A stretch of DNA of 61,865 nucleotides from an uncultured Gammaproteobacteria bacterium. Lineage in GTDB: Bacteria; Patescibacteriota; Patescibacteriia; UBA1558; 2-01-FULL-52-15. Made by a program: the position numbers and the translations under genes. A model generated the notes under the pieces. It was given only the letters and a program-made list of their open reading frames with translations, did not search any database and was not told the DNA's origin. Each line of letters begins with the position of its first letter. The first letter of the stretch is position 1. The stretch is taken from positions 1-61,865 of the forward strand of contig CAZASM010000002.1 in NCBI GenBank assembly GCA_964487895.1, in the 5' to 3' direction. This document shows positions 1 to 10,086 of the stretch, in pieces.

Positions 1-2052
1 CAAACTAATACTTTCATCTTTAACAGCTTGCAATAGTCGCTCGGTCAGTGGACTTGGTTCTCCTGCTTTGGCAGCTGCAGCTTGCGTTAGGATTGACTGA
101 CGCTCTGTGTAAATATAACCCCTTTGCTTATTGATAACATCATCGTATTCCACTAAATGTTTACGAATATCAAAGTTATTGCCTTCAACCTTCTTTTGGG
201 CTGATTCAATCGATTTAGAGATCATCTTGTTCTCAATGGCAACATCCTCCGGTAAACCAAGGGCGTTCATAATCCCTTTCATCCGATCAGAACCAAAGAT
301 ACGTAACAAGTCATCATCCATGGAGACGTAGAATTGACTACTTCCAGGATCACCCTGACGACCTGAACGTCCACGAAGCTGATTATCAATACGACGGGAT
401 TCGTGACGTTCTGTACCAATTACATGGAGACCGCCGAGAGCTACAATTTCAGCATATTTCTCTTGATTGAAAGGAATTCCACCAAGTTTAATATCCACAC
501 CGCGTCCAGCCATGTTAGTTGCAATGGTGACACCACCCTTAATTCCAGCTTGAGCTAGAACTTCGGCTTCTCTTTCGTGTTGCTTAGCATTCAACAGGTG
601 AAAAGGAATACCCTCTCGCTCCAACAGCATGCCGAGTAATTCATTTTTTTCAATCGAAATAGTACCGATCAATATCGGTTGTCCTTTGGCATGACGCTCC
701 TTAACCTCCTTAATAACTGCTTGAAACTTACCATTCTCTGTTTTGTAAATACGATCAGGCAAATCCTGACGAATCATCTCTTTGTTTGTTGGAATGGTAG
801 TTACTTCTAAACCGTAAATTTTATTCAGCTCCTCCGCTTCGGTGGCAGCTGTACCGGTCATTCCGGCCAGTTTTTTGTACAGACGGAAGTAGTTCTGAAT
901 AGTAATAGTGGCCATCGTTCTGTTTTCACGTTGAATAACTACACCTTCTTTAGCCTCAATAGCTTGATGTAAACCTTCAGAATATCTGCGTCCCTGCATC
1001 ATGCGACCAGTGAATTCATCTACTATTAGAATCTCACCATCTTTAACAACATAATGTTTATCGCGTTGAAATAATGTTTTGGCTTTCAAGGCTTGTTCAA
1101 TATGATGAACAGTCTCCATGCCGTTTGTCTCATAGATATTGTCCACGCCTAAAGCTTTTTCCATTTTACTAATTCCGGCATCAGTCAAAGTAGCTGCTCT
1201 CAGCTTCTCGTCGACATTGTAGTCTTCGGTGTCAATTAATTGATCAACTAACTGAGCAAATTGCAAATATTTATCAGTGGACTCCATGTCTGGCGCTGAA
1301 ATAATCAAGGGAGTTCGAGCTTCATCAATTAAAATACTATCGACTTCATCAACAATAGCGTAGTTCAATTCACGCTGAACTTGCTCCTCTAAACTTTGAG
1401 TGAGGTTATCTCGCAAATGATCAAAACCAAACTCATTATTGGTACCGTAGAGAATATCTGCCATGTAGGCTTCTTTACGAGGAACTTGGCGCAAGAACTC
1501 ATCTTCAATTGTGACACCTAAATCTCTCTCCTTGTCTTCTGCTGGTGTAGTCTGGCTAGCGTCATAAAGATAAGCCTTATCATGAACAATGACACCTACC
1601 GATAATCCTAGAAAATCAAAAATCTGACCCATCCAGACAGCGTCACGTTTAGCTAGATAGTCGTTGACAGTGATTAGATGAGCTCCCTTACCTTCTAAAG
1701 CATTTAAATATAAAGCTGAAGTAGAAACTAAGGTTTTACCTTCACCTGTTCTCATCTCTGCCACCTGTCCACGATGTAATGTCAGTCCTCCAATTAACTG
1801 TACGTCAAAATGACGCATATTAAGTGTGCGTTTCGACACCTCTCGTACCACAGCAAAAGCCTCAGGTGCTAAATCGTCTAATGTTGCTCCTTCGGATAGT
1901 TTTTGTTTAAATTCTATTGTTTTAGCCTTGAGTTGTTCGTCCGATAAGGCTGAGATTTCTGGTTCTTTAGCGGTGATAAAAGCAACCTCTTGTTGGAGGT
2001 TATCTAAAAAACGCACATTGGCGTCGCCAAATAGCTTAGTAATGATGGACAT
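1..2052 (-). CDS. secA: Preprotein translocase ATPase SecA, N-terminal 684 aa (C-terminus lies beyond the window edge)
   Basis: Absent from the ORF track because it runs off the edge. Reverse translation from the ATG at 2050-2052 gives MSIITKLFG..., followed by [39 protein letters not shown] and [14 protein letters not shown], which are SecA motor motifs. Confidence 0.9.
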   Translation of the reverse strand, partial: MSIITKLFGDANVRFLDNLQQEVAFITAKEPEISALSDEQLKAKTIEFKQKLSEGATLDDLAPEAFAVVREVSKRTLNMRHFDVQLIGGLTLHRGQVAEMRTGEGKTLVSTSALYLNALEGKGAHLITVNDYLAKRDAVWMGQIFDFLGLSVGVIVHDKAYLYDASQTTPAEDKERDLGVTIEDEFLRQVPRKEAYMADILYGTNNEFGFDHLRDNLTQSLEEQVQRELNYAIVDEVDSILIDEARTPLIISAPDMESTDKYLQFAQLVDQLIDTEDYNVDEKLRAATLTDAGISKMEKALGVDNIYETNGMETVHHIEQALKAKTLFQRDKHYVVKDGEILIVDEFTGRMMQGRRYSEGLHQAIEAKEGVVIQRENRTMATITIQNYFRLYKKLAGMTGTAATEAEELNKIYGLEVTTIPTNKEMIRQDLPDRIYKTENGKFQAVIKEVKERHAKGQPILIGTISIEKNELLGMLLEREGIPFHLLNAKQHEREAEVLAQAGIKGGVTIATNMAGRGVDIKLGGIPFNQEKYAEIVALGGLHVIGTERHESRRIDNQLRGRSGRQGDPGSSQFYVSMDDDLLRIFGSDRMKGIMNALGLPEDVAIENKMISKSIESAQKKVEGNNFDIRKHLVEYDDVINKQRGYIYTERQSILTQAAAAKAGEPSPLTERLLQAVKDESISL

Positions 2053-2057
2053 CGATA

Positions 2058-2390
2058 TTAAGATCGCTTAAAGATACTGCTTAATTTTCGTTGCCAGAGC
2101 TTTTTATTTTTTTGAACACGAAGTTGATTCATCAGTTTATTGACCGTCAAGTCAATTGCCTCACGAGCATCAGGTCTTTCCTCGACGACTCGTAATAATT
2201 TACCGGGAATGTTGAAATTTATTTCTACTCTGAAAACATCCCCTTTATTGTGATGAGTATCACGGCTGATATCCACACGACAAGAAATTACCTCCGTAGC
2301 TAGTTTATAGAGAGTATCCAAACGGGTGTTAAGATATTCCTGTAAACTCTCGGTTATTTCCAAGTTTTTACCGTAAAATTGTCTACTCAT
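2058..2390 (-). CDS. hpf: Ribosome hibernation promoting factor / RaiA family
   Basis: 110-aa ORF. The [12 protein letters not shown]...[13 protein letters not shown] pattern is typical of the sigma-54 modulation/HPF fold, and the position next to secA is conserved in many bacteria. Confidence 0.8.
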   Translation of the reverse strand: MSRQFYGKNLEITESLQEYLNTRLDTLYKLATEVISCRVDISRDTHHNKGDVFRVEINFNIPGKLLRVVEERPDAREAIDLTVNKLMNQLRVQKNKKLWQRKLSSIFKRS

Positions 2391-2421
2391 ATAGTTAAAC
2401 TACCATGAAGGTGAGGAAAGT

Positions 2422-2757
2422 TCAAGCTACTGGAGCTTGCAGTTCAGTCTGTAAATCGTGAAGGTCTTGTTTAATGTTTTGGAACAGCGCTTGAACTAGT
2501 GGCACACTAGTGTTGGCTTTCCAAGTTACATTGATAGTTTCTAGCGCTTCGATCGTGCTGGTAAAGGCAAGATCCAAAGAATCCCAAGCAGTGAGTCCTT
2601 GATCACGAAATTTTCTCAAGATTTCAATAATCTGTCGCTTAATTTCTTGATCCATAGTTACTTCCCCGACCATAGTTTCCCAAAGAGAACACCGCAGTTT
2701 AACAGTGGAAGTAAATTTTTGTTTGGAATCGCTGACAACTAATTCAGATTCTGGCAT
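2422..2757 (-). CDS. Hypothetical protein (111 aa, predicted helical)
   Basis: Intact ORF packed between hpf and murB on the same strand. No family recognised. Confidence 0.4.
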   Translation of the reverse strand: MPESELVVSDSKQKFTSTVKLRCSLWETMVGEVTMDQEIKRQIIEILRKFRDQGLTAWDSLDLAFTSTIEALETINVTWKANTSVPLVQALFQNIKQDLHDLQTELQAPVA

Positions 2758-2802
2758 AAGATTGTAATTAGACGAACTAAATAATAGAAAGTAAATTCTA
2801 AC

Positions 2803-3732
2803 TTAATTATAGACAAACCTGACCTCTTCTTGCAACTGGATGCCGTAGGTGTCTCTCACTTGTTGTTTAATAAAGCTTGCTAAAGTAATGATATTATCTG
2901 CCGTAGCCAGACCAGTATTAATAATATAATTAGCATGTTTTGGAGATACTTGAGCACCACCAATGGTCTTACCTTTCAAATCTAAACTATCGATCAAAAA
3001 ACCAGCTGGAATCTTCTTATGAATTTCAAATGGTTGCAGATCCAGACCTTGAGCTGTTAATTTACTAGTATCGATTTGATCCATCTGAATATTTTTAAAA
3101 ATGCAACCCGCTGAAGGCTCAGTTGGGTGTTTAGCTTTGCGAGTGGCTAGTCTTTCATCAATTAGAGCTTGACTGACAGCTGTATCTCCTTTCTTTAAAC
3201 AAAGAGCAACCTCAGTAATGACGTAGTTGTGTTCTTTGAAAGTACTATGACGATAAGAGAAATCACCGTCCGTAGTATTCATATGCTTGGCTTGCAGTGT
3301 ATCGACATCAATATATTTGATAAAGTCCAGAACATCGTGCATATCATGTCCATAGGTGCCAGCATTACCAACTACTGCGCCTCCGACCGAACCTGGGATT
3401 CCAGCCGCGAATTCTAAGCCGATTAAACCAGCTTTGATAGTCTCTGTAACTAATGAGGCTAAAATATAACCAGCTCCGACTGTCACTAGTTCATTGTTAA
3501 TAACTAATTGTTGATAGTCGAGCTTGATGACTAGCCCTCGATAACCTTCATCGGGAAAAAGTACATTGCTACCTCCACCAAGAATAAAGACACGTAGTTG
3601 TTGCTCTTGAGCCCAGCGTAGAGCTTCTAAAGTTTCCTCTGACTGAGTAACCACGACAAAGTAATCTGCTGGCCCACCGATTTTGAAAGTAGTATAGGGT
3701 GCTAAAGGAATGTTTTGCTGAAAATTAAGCAT
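2803..3732 (-). CDS. murB: UDP-N-acetylenolpyruvoylglucosamine reductase
   Basis: N-terminus APYTTFKIGGPADYFV, then GGGSNVLF and the FAD-binding PCMH pattern. Lies in the mur cluster. Confidence 0.9.
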   Translation of the reverse strand: MLNFQQNIPLAPYTTFKIGGPADYFVVVTQSEETLEALRWAQEQQLRVFILGGGSNVLFPDEGYRGLVIKLDYQQLVINNELVTVGAGYILASLVTETIKAGLIGLEFAAGIPGSVGGAVVGNAGTYGHDMHDVLDFIKYIDVDTLQAKHMNTTDGDFSYRHSTFKEHNYVITEVALCLKKGDTAVSQALIDERLATRKAKHPTEPSAGCIFKNIQMDQIDTSKLTAQGLDLQPFEIHKKIPAGFLIDSLDLKGKTIGGAQVSPKHANYIINTGLATADNIITLASFIKQQVRDTYGIQLQEEVRFVYN

Positions 3733-6109
3733 TTTTCAAAGTATTACGTGCTAAAGAGTCGATTGTACCAGCTCCCATGAAGAGTAAAATATCATCTGAT
3801 GTACTATGCTGAGCTAATAAGCTCTCCACCTGAGACCAATTATCTGCGTACCAGTGAGGTTTGGAACCAAGATCATCACTTAGCTGTTTGGCTGGATCAC
3901 GCAGTTCATGTTCGTCACGACCGGCAACTTCATAAGTGTTAGTGATAATTACTCGATCAGCTCCAGCAAAAGCTTGGCTGAAACGTTCAAACAGTGATTC
4001 CGTGCGAGCATAAGAATGGGGTTGAAAGATAACTAAAACTTTCTTTTTTGGATAAAACTTTTGTGCCGCTTCGATTGTTTTGCTGATTGCAGTTGGGTGA
4101 TGAGCATAGTCAGAATAAGCTGGGCAATTGTGATAGTAACCGATTTTTTCGAACCGTCTCCAAGAGCCTCTGAATTCTGCTAAACACTTCAGGACTGCGG
4201 AGAAATCAAAACTAAGATAGTCAGCGACGGTAATAGCTGCTAAAGCGTTGTAGATATTAAAACGTCCAGGAACTTGCAGTGTAACTGTGGCCCTTAAAGT
4301 GCCGTCGATCAGCAAATCGAACTGGTTGTGTTGATCAATCGTTTGAATATTGACTGCCTGAATGTCGGCTGCTGCGTCAATAGCAAAGGTTCTCTGTTTA
4401 GCTTTTGTAGTAATTATTTGAGAGTTAATATCATCAGCATTACGTACCAGTAGACCCTCCGAAGGTAAGGAGTCAACAAATTTTTGAAACTGACTTTGGA
4501 TATGTTTTAGGTCTGTAAAATAATCCAGATGATCCTCTTCAATATTTGTTATCACCACAACTTTAGGCCGAATATTGAGCATGTGTGAACGATATTCACA
4601 AGCTTCGACTATCAAGAGTTCAGAAGCTCCGGCTAAAAAGTTTCCAGAAAATTGCGGGATTAAACCACCAACAATTACAGTGGGATCATGTTTGGCCTCT
4701 TGAGCCATAAAACCTAGTAAGCCTGTAGTTGTGGTTTTACCATGAGTGCCAGAAACAGCTACTGTGTTATATTTTTCGGACAATAGTCCTAGATATTCAT
4801 TATAAGTATAGGTGGGAATATGCAGACGTTTAGCTTCTACCAATTCCTCATGATTAGCTGGTAAAGCCGAGGAATAGATAAACATGCTAATATTTTTGGG
4901 AATATTTTTCTTTGTCTGTCGGTAATAAATTTTAACACCTAAAGCTTCCAAGCCTTCTGTCACAGTACTGGAGGCCAAATCAGAGCCAGTAACTTTATAG
5001 TTTTGGTGCAAAAAATATCTAGCCAGAGCTGAGAGACCGATACCGCCAATACCGGACAAGTAGACAACTTGTTTTAGCTCAATGGTTAGAGAGATACTTT
5101 CCTTAATCAGTTTTACATAGTTGCTAGTAGCTTGAGGGTTGAAGAGTTTTTTCAAAATCTGGCCCTGTTTTTTGGCTTTGTGTTGGTCATTATGTAATAA
5201 CTCTACGGCCTGCAATAATTCTTGTCCTTTTCCTTGGGAGACAACTTGGGCCGCTTGTTGTTGTAAAAAAAATCCAGCATTACTTTCTTGGTGGCTGTTT
5301 GGTAGCGGTATGATAATTACTGGTTTCGCTACGGAGGCTAACTCCGTCAAAGTAGAAATGCCGCCGCGAGTGATGACAATTGAAGCATTTGCTAGTAGTA
5401 CTGGCAACTCCTCATCGATGAATTTATACCAATGATAATTTGTTTGATTTAAACGTAAAGCCTGATCAGCATTAAACTTCCCTAAGACGTGGTGGATAAC
5501 AAAGCGTTCAGATAAGCTAGGAATAAATTCATTGACAAAGGCGTTAAGACCACGAGCTCCTTGGCCACCGCCAAGAATAACAATATTAGGTTTATCACTT
5601 GTTTCTGATGGCGCAGGTAAATTACGCACGGGATTACCGATACAGGTTACATTTTTCGGTGAGAATAATTTTGCTTGTTGTTCGAAGGTTGTAGTTATTT
5701 TATCAGCCAGTGGAGCCATTAGGCGGTTTGCTAGGCCAAGTTCTAAATCTTGCTGGTGGACAAATATCTTTTTACCCAAAAGTTTGCCAGCGAAAACTAC
5801 TGGCACAGCGACGAAACCTCCAGCGGTCAAGATAATATCTGGTTGGTAGTTCGCTACAATATAGAGCGCCTGAAAAAAACCAATAATCAGATTGACAATA
5901 TCTGTAATATTTTTCCAACTAAGATAACGCCGCAGTTTGCCTGCGGAAATACTGACAGTTCGAATCCCTCTACTTTTCAGAAAGGCAATCTCTGGACCAG
6001 AGCGCGTAGTAACACAAAGATAGTCAGCTTCAGGAAACTGCGCTTTGATAGCTGCCAATGGTGCAACTGGTCCCAGACTACCGCCTCCGGCTAAAAGAAT
6101 CTTATTCAT
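3725..6109 (-). CDS. murG-murC: Fused MurG (lipid II GlcNAc transferase, aa 1 to about 345) and MurC (UDP-MurNAc:L-Ala ligase, aa about 350-794)
   Basis: Single uninterrupted 794-aa ORF. The N-terminal half has GT28 features (GGGSLGPV, TAGGFVAVP, TRGGISTLTE). The C-terminal half has Mur ligase features (GIGGIGLSALA, VSGTHGKTTTT, NIEEDHLDYF). Confidence 0.85.
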   Translation of the reverse strand: MNKILLAGGGSLGPVAPLAAIKAQFPEADYLCVTTRSGPEIAFLKSRGIRTVSISAGKLRRYLSWKNITDIVNLIIGFFQALYIVANYQPDIILTAGGFVAVPVVFAGKLLGKKIFVHQQDLELGLANRLMAPLADKITTTFEQQAKLFSPKNVTCIGNPVRNLPAPSETSDKPNIVILGGGQGARGLNAFVNEFIPSLSERFVIHHVLGKFNADQALRLNQTNYHWYKFIDEELPVLLANASIVITRGGISTLTELASVAKPVIIIPLPNSHQESNAGFFLQQQAAQVVSQGKGQELLQAVELLHNDQHKAKKQGQILKKLFNPQATSNYVKLIKESISLTIELKQVVYLSGIGGIGLSALARYFLHQNYKVTGSDLASSTVTEGLEALGVKIYYRQTKKNIPKNISMFIYSSALPANHEELVEAKRLHIPTYTYNEYLGLLSEKYNTVAVSGTHGKTTTTGLLGFMAQEAKHDPTVIVGGLIPQFSGNFLAGASELLIVEACEYRSHMLNIRPKVVVITNIEEDHLDYFTDLKHIQSQFQKFVDSLPSEGLLVRNADDINSQIITTKAKQRTFAIDAAADIQAVNIQTIDQHNQFDLLIDGTLRATVTLQVPGRFNIYNALAAITVADYLSFDFSAVLKCLAEFRGSWRRFEKIGYYHNCPAYSDYAHHPTAISKTIEAAQKFYPKKKVLVIFQPHSYARTESLFERFSQAFAGADRVIITNTYEVAGRDEHELRDPAKQLSDDLGSKPHWYADNWSQVESLLAQHSTSDDILLFMGAGTIDSLARNTLKNA

Positions 6110-7271
6110 GAGATTTGGTGTATTTAGAAATATTGATCACAATGGCCAAAGCCATCATCACTACTGCCAAATTACTACCACCTAAGCTGATAAATGGCAA
6201 GGGAAGGCCGGTCAAAGGCAAGATACCAATAATAGCTCCAATATTTACTAGACTTTGGACAGTAATCCAGGTGATAATGCCTGTAGTGAGTAGTTTGGCA
6301 AAAGTATCTGGTGCACGCTTAGCAATACGCAAACCACGAAGACAGACAAAGAGGAAAAGCAGCAAGAGAAAAATACAGAAAATAAAGCCCCACTCCTCAG
6401 CAATGATGGCAAAGATTGAATCCGCAGCGACCTCTGGTAAATAGTTAAATTTTTGTCGAGATTGACCCAAACCAAGACCAAAGATACCACCAGAGCCAAC
6501 AGCAATTAAAGCTTGTTTTAACTGATAGCCGGCACCTTGAGTGTCAAAATCAGGATGTAGGAAGGTAGTTAGGCGTTCTAAACGGTATGGTGCAATTTTC
6601 ACCATAATCGCAATCATTAATCCAGATAAACCTCCCAGAACTGCCAATTGCGATAGTCTCATCCCAGCGACAAAAAACATAATAATAGCGACCATGAGGA
6701 AGATTAACATCGTTCCTAGGTCTGGTTGAAGTAAAATTAAACCTCCAGTTAGTCCGACGATAATCAGGAAAGGCAAAAAAGTGTGTTGCCAGTCTTTAAT
6801 CATTTTTTGTTTGGATTCTAACCAGATAGCCAAATAGATGATAAAGGTTAATTTCGCTAGCTCACTGGTTTGAACTCTGATACCAGCTAGTGAGATCCAA
6901 CTTCGAGAGCCGTTAAAGACAACGCCTAAGCCAGGAATGAAGACTAAAATTAGTAGTCCGATTGTCAGAGCGAGCCACAACCAGGACAGTTTCTTTAAAT
7001 AGGTGTACGGTATTCTGATGAAAAGTAGAAATAACAAACAGCCAGGTAAAAAACCGCGCGTAATTTGTTGCTTCACAAAGTAATAGGTATCGCTCTGCTC
7101 TTGGAAGCCTTTGACTGAAGTGGCCGAGGATAATAGCAATAAACCGAAGAAAATGATAATGCCAGTCAAAATCAATAAAATATAATCTGGCTGATGTGGG
7201 CCAGAGTGCGCCGACAACGGATGCCAGATTTTTTGCCAAATAGACTTTAGGCCTTTATAACGTGGAGCCAT
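6102..7271 (-). CDS. ftsW: SEDS-family peptidoglycan glycosyltransferase (FtsW/RodA)
   Basis: 389-aa polytopic membrane protein with SEDS motifs (QPDLGT, LPEVAADSIFAIIAEEWGF). Sits between mraY and murG-murC. Confidence 0.8.
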   Translation of the reverse strand: MAPRYKGLKSIWQKIWHPLSAHSGPHQPDYILLILTGIIIFFGLLLLSSATSVKGFQEQSDTYYFVKQQITRGFLPGCLLFLLFIRIPYTYLKKLSWLWLALTIGLLILVFIPGLGVVFNGSRSWISLAGIRVQTSELAKLTFIIYLAIWLESKQKMIKDWQHTFLPFLIIVGLTGGLILLQPDLGTMLIFLMVAIIMFFVAGMRLSQLAVLGGLSGLMIAIMVKIAPYRLERLTTFLHPDFDTQGAGYQLKQALIAVGSGGIFGLGLGQSRQKFNYLPEVAADSIFAIIAEEWGFIFCIFLLLLFLFVCLRGLRIAKRAPDTFAKLLTTGIITWITVQSLVNIGAIIGILPLTGLPLPFISLGGSNLAVVMMALAIVINISKYTKSHE

Positions 7272-7277
7272 GAAGTA

Positions 7278-8330
7278 TTACGATAATGTTTTATCTAAAA
7301 TAGCCAAGATAATCCCCAGTGTTGAGGCGACTGCAGAAATAACCCAAAAACGCATAACTACTTTTGGTTCAGACCAGCCAATAGCTTCGAAGTGATGATG
7401 AATAGGTGTAGAATGAAAAATTTTACGCTTAAATATTTTTTTTGAAGTCATTTGGACTATGACCGATAGCGATTCAATCAAAAGAATGAAACCAATAACA
7501 GGTAAAAGTAAAGCTGATTGTGTTAATAAAGCTACAACTCCTAAAGTAACACCTAAAGACATCGCTCCGGTATCTCCCATAAAGAAACGAGCCGGATTAA
7601 TATTGAACCAGAGAAAAGCTAATAGCGCTCCGATAATAACCGAGCAAAAAGCAGCCAGATCATATTTCCCTAGAATAAAGGCAATAGTACCGTAGCTAGC
7701 AAAACAGGACAGTAAAACACCGCCAGCAAGACCATCGAGTCCGTCAGTTTCGTTAACTGAGAAGGCAGTGGCTACAATCACGAAGACAAAGACCACAATG
7801 TACCACCAGCCAAGACTGTACTCTCCGACAAAAGGAATGTGCAGAATATCCCAATCAAGTTTGAAATAAAACCACAGCGCACCTACCAAAGCAATGAGTG
7901 TATAAGTTATTAACCGGTGTTTTACTGTCATACCGCCCCCCTTACCGCCTCCGCGTTTGCGTACATTGAACCAATCATCCACTAAGCCAACTAAGGCAGA
8001 AGAAATAAATACGCCCAAAGGTAGTAGCGTCTCAGAACGAGAAAAGAAATTTAAACTGGTTAACCAGGCAGGCATCAGGGATAGCTGACTAAGCCCTGCA
8101 ATGCCAGCGATCATGAGTAATAAAGTCATCCAGATAATTACCCCGCCCATTGTTGGGGTACCTGATTTATCTTTATGCAATTTCGAATAAACTGGAGTTG
8201 AGCCTTCATCACGAATCGATACTCCTAATTTATAGCGATATAAGAAATGAGTTAAGACCGGCGTCAGAACCATAGCAATGATGAATGCTATAGTGCTCAG
8301 TATTAATAGACGAATAATTTCAAAATTCAT
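7278..8330 (-). CDS. mraY: Phospho-N-acetylmuramoyl-pentapeptide transferase
   Basis: Motifs KSGTPTMGG, NETDGLDGLAGG, GDTGAMSLG and HHHFE. Confidence 0.9.
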   Translation of the reverse strand: MNFEIIRLLILSTIAFIIAMVLTPVLTHFLYRYKLGVSIRDEGSTPVYSKLHKDKSGTPTMGGVIIWMTLLLMIAGIAGLSQLSLMPAWLTSLNFFSRSETLLPLGVFISSALVGLVDDWFNVRKRGGGKGGGMTVKHRLITYTLIALVGALWFYFKLDWDILHIPFVGEYSLGWWYIVVFVFVIVATAFSVNETDGLDGLAGGVLLSCFASYGTIAFILGKYDLAAFCSVIIGALLAFLWFNINPARFFMGDTGAMSLGVTLGVVALLTQSALLLPVIGFILLIESLSVIVQMTSKKIFKRKIFHSTPIHHHFEAIGWSEPKVVMRFWVISAVASTLGIILAILDKTLS

Positions 8331-8332
8331 AA

Positions 8333-8686
8333 TTAAAGATAAGGACCAATAACTAAAATGTAGAGGAAGAAACCAATAGCACAGACAGCTGCTGCAACTT
8401 GAAGGTATAGGCTAAGGTATTTATCTCGAGCATAGTTTCTATAGGACAGACTAAAGTTAACAAAAGCGATCAAAATGATGCCAAGCCAATAAACCCACAT
8501 CCAGACCCAAGAGCCAATCTGATCAATACCATAAAATCGATTATAATGCAGAGTAATACTGTCGCTGTAGGTAGGCTGCCGTAAACCAATGATACCGCCG
8601 GCTAGTAAGACAAACAGAATCGTCAGATTAAAAAAAAGTGATACGTACCGTTCACGATAAAATAGCCAGAGTGATCTAAGCTTCAT
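8333..8686 (-). CDS. Hypothetical small integral membrane protein (117 aa)
   Basis: Three or four hydrophobic segments. Begins 2 nt downstream of mraY on the same strand. No family recognised. Confidence 0.4.
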   Translation of the reverse strand: MKLRSLWLFYRERYVSLFFNLTILFVLLAGGIIGLRQPTYSDSITLHYNRFYGIDQIGSWVWMWVYWLGIILIAFVNFSLSYRNYARDKYLSLYLQVAAAVCAIGFFLYILVIGPYL

Positions 8687-8743
8687 AGTTAACTATTGGA
8701 GCAAATAACATGGAATCATTATACCTATCTTGAGGCTGCTTGA

Positions 8744-8968
8744 CTAGACTGTCAGGACCTCAGATATTTCAGGAAAAGCTTGATGTAGCTCTTCCTTAAT
8801 ATAACCAGTCAAAGTGACATCAGAGATTGAACAATGACTGCAGGCTCCGAGGAAACGTAGCTTGAGAACTTTAGATTTCTGATCGTAATCAACCAGCTCG
8901 ACATCACCACCATCGCTATTCAAAGCCGGCCTCAGAGTGTCAAGAAATATGGCTATTTTTTCTTCCAT
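8744..8968 (-). CDS. NifU C-terminal-like Fe-S scaffold domain protein (74 aa)
   Basis: DGGDVELVDY...LRFLGACSHCSIS...TL matches the Nfu/NifU C-terminal CxxC domain pattern. Confidence 0.7.
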   Translation of the reverse strand: MEEKIAIFLDTLRPALNSDGGDVELVDYDQKSKVLKLRFLGACSHCSISDVTLTGYIKEELHQAFPEISEVLTV

Positions 8969-9192
8969 AGGTCAATACTAAGGTAATTCTCCTATTTTAT
9001 CAACCACAGACAGAGAAGTTCTAAGTTCGAAGCACTAAGTTCCCCGCCCGACTCGCTGCGCTTCGCAGGCGGGCGGGTAAACAAGTTCAAATATCAAATA
9101 AACAAGGTTCCAACAAGAACGTGACTTTTTGGATTTGGCATTTGTTTAGGGTTTCGAATTTAGAGCTTCGAGTTTGCAATGGCCTTGCGCCA

Positions 9193-9220
9193 TTGACTTT
9201 CGTATTTTGTTCGGTATACT
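9193..9220 (+). promoter_or_regulatory. Candidate sigma70-type promoter of lexA
   Basis: TTGACT (9193-9198), a 16-nt spacer, then TATACT (9215-9220), about 120 nt upstream of the lexA ATG. Confidence 0.4.
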
Positions 9221-9339
9221 TAAAGTAGTAAGAATTATCCACAACACTGAGCGTTGTGGCAGCCACGCTGAGCGTGGCACAACTATCTCAACAACTCCAA
9301 TATTCTTAATTCTTATTTCATAATTCATAATTTGATTCT

Positions 9340-9942
9340 ATGAATCTCACCAAGCGCCAAAAAGAAATTCTGGACTTTATCGGTAGCTTTGCCATGTCTC
9401 ATGGCTATTCTCCTAGTTATCGTGAAATTGCGAAACATTTTCATCTGACATCAGTTTCCACCATTCATGAGCATATCTCTGCTTTAGTAGAAAAGGGTTA
9501 CTTACAGAAAGAAACTAATATGGCTCGATCTGTAGATATTATCGCCACTGAGATTGAATCAGGCACACTCGAGTTACCATTAGTGGGTCTAATCGCTGCC
9601 GGTGAGCCCATAGAAGCCATTGAGACACGCGAATCAATTGCTGTGCCAGAGAATCTAGTGGAGAATCCGAATAGCTACGTTTTGAAGGTTAAAGGCAACT
9701 CGATGATTGAAGAAGGTATTCTCGACGGTGATTATGTTATTGTGGAGCGCAATTTCTACCCGCAGAACGGTGATGTCGTTGTGGCTCTCCTCGACAATAC
9801 CTACGCAACTTTAAAGAAATACTACAGAGAGAAGAATTGTATTCGTTTACAGCCAGCGAACTCCGCCATGTCCCCTATCTTTGTCCAGAATCCGGCTATT
9901 CAGGGTATTGTCAGAGGGATATTTAGAAAATTTAGTATGTAG
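9340..9942 (+). CDS. lexA: SOS repressor LexA (S24 autopeptidase)
   Basis: N-terminal winged HTH (LTKRQKEILDFI...YSPSYREIA), an AG cleavage region (IAAGEP), and the catalytic GNSM...K pattern. Confidence 0.9.
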   Translation: MNLTKRQKEILDFIGSFAMSHGYSPSYREIAKHFHLTSVSTIHEHISALVEKGYLQKETNMARSVDIIATEIESGTLELPLVGLIAAGEPIEAIETRESIAVPENLVENPNSYVLKVKGNSMIEEGILDGDYVIVERNFYPQNGDVVVALLDNTYATLKKYYREKNCIRLQPANSAMSPIFVQNPAIQGIVRGIFRKFSM

Positions 9943-10040
9943 TTCTCTAAATTTGCTTTGAGATCTAGCGTTACCTTTGATGGCACTAGAAATGGAAACT
10001 CGGGCAGACCACAGGCTGAGATAGTCGTTGAAGATTAATG

Positions 10041-10082
10041 AGGACCGTCCAGTAGTCTGGACGGTCCTCTGTTTTGGTTTTG
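10041..10082 (+). terminator. Rho-independent terminator after lexA
   Basis: Perfect 12-bp stem AGGACCGTCCAG/CTGGACGGTCCT with loop TAGT, followed by CTGTTTTGGTTTTG. Confidence 0.75.
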
Positions 10083-10086
10083 TTAG

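Noticed and set aside
9018-9125. Cluster of GTTC/GAAC tetramers upstream of lexA as possible Gram-positive (GAAC-N4-GTTC) or alphaproteobacterial (GTTC-N7-GTTC) SOS boxes
   Set aside because: The spacings do not match either consensus (GTTC-N3-GTTC, GTTC-N10-GTTC, GTTC-N6-GAAC). The cluster also lies upstream of the predicted lexA promoter.
9943-10040. Possible riboswitch (a CTGAGA-containing segment reminiscent of a THI-box) in the 100 nt between the lexA stop and its terminator
   Set aside because: It sits in a 3' UTR rather than a 5' leader. The other conserved TPP-riboswitch elements are not recognisable.
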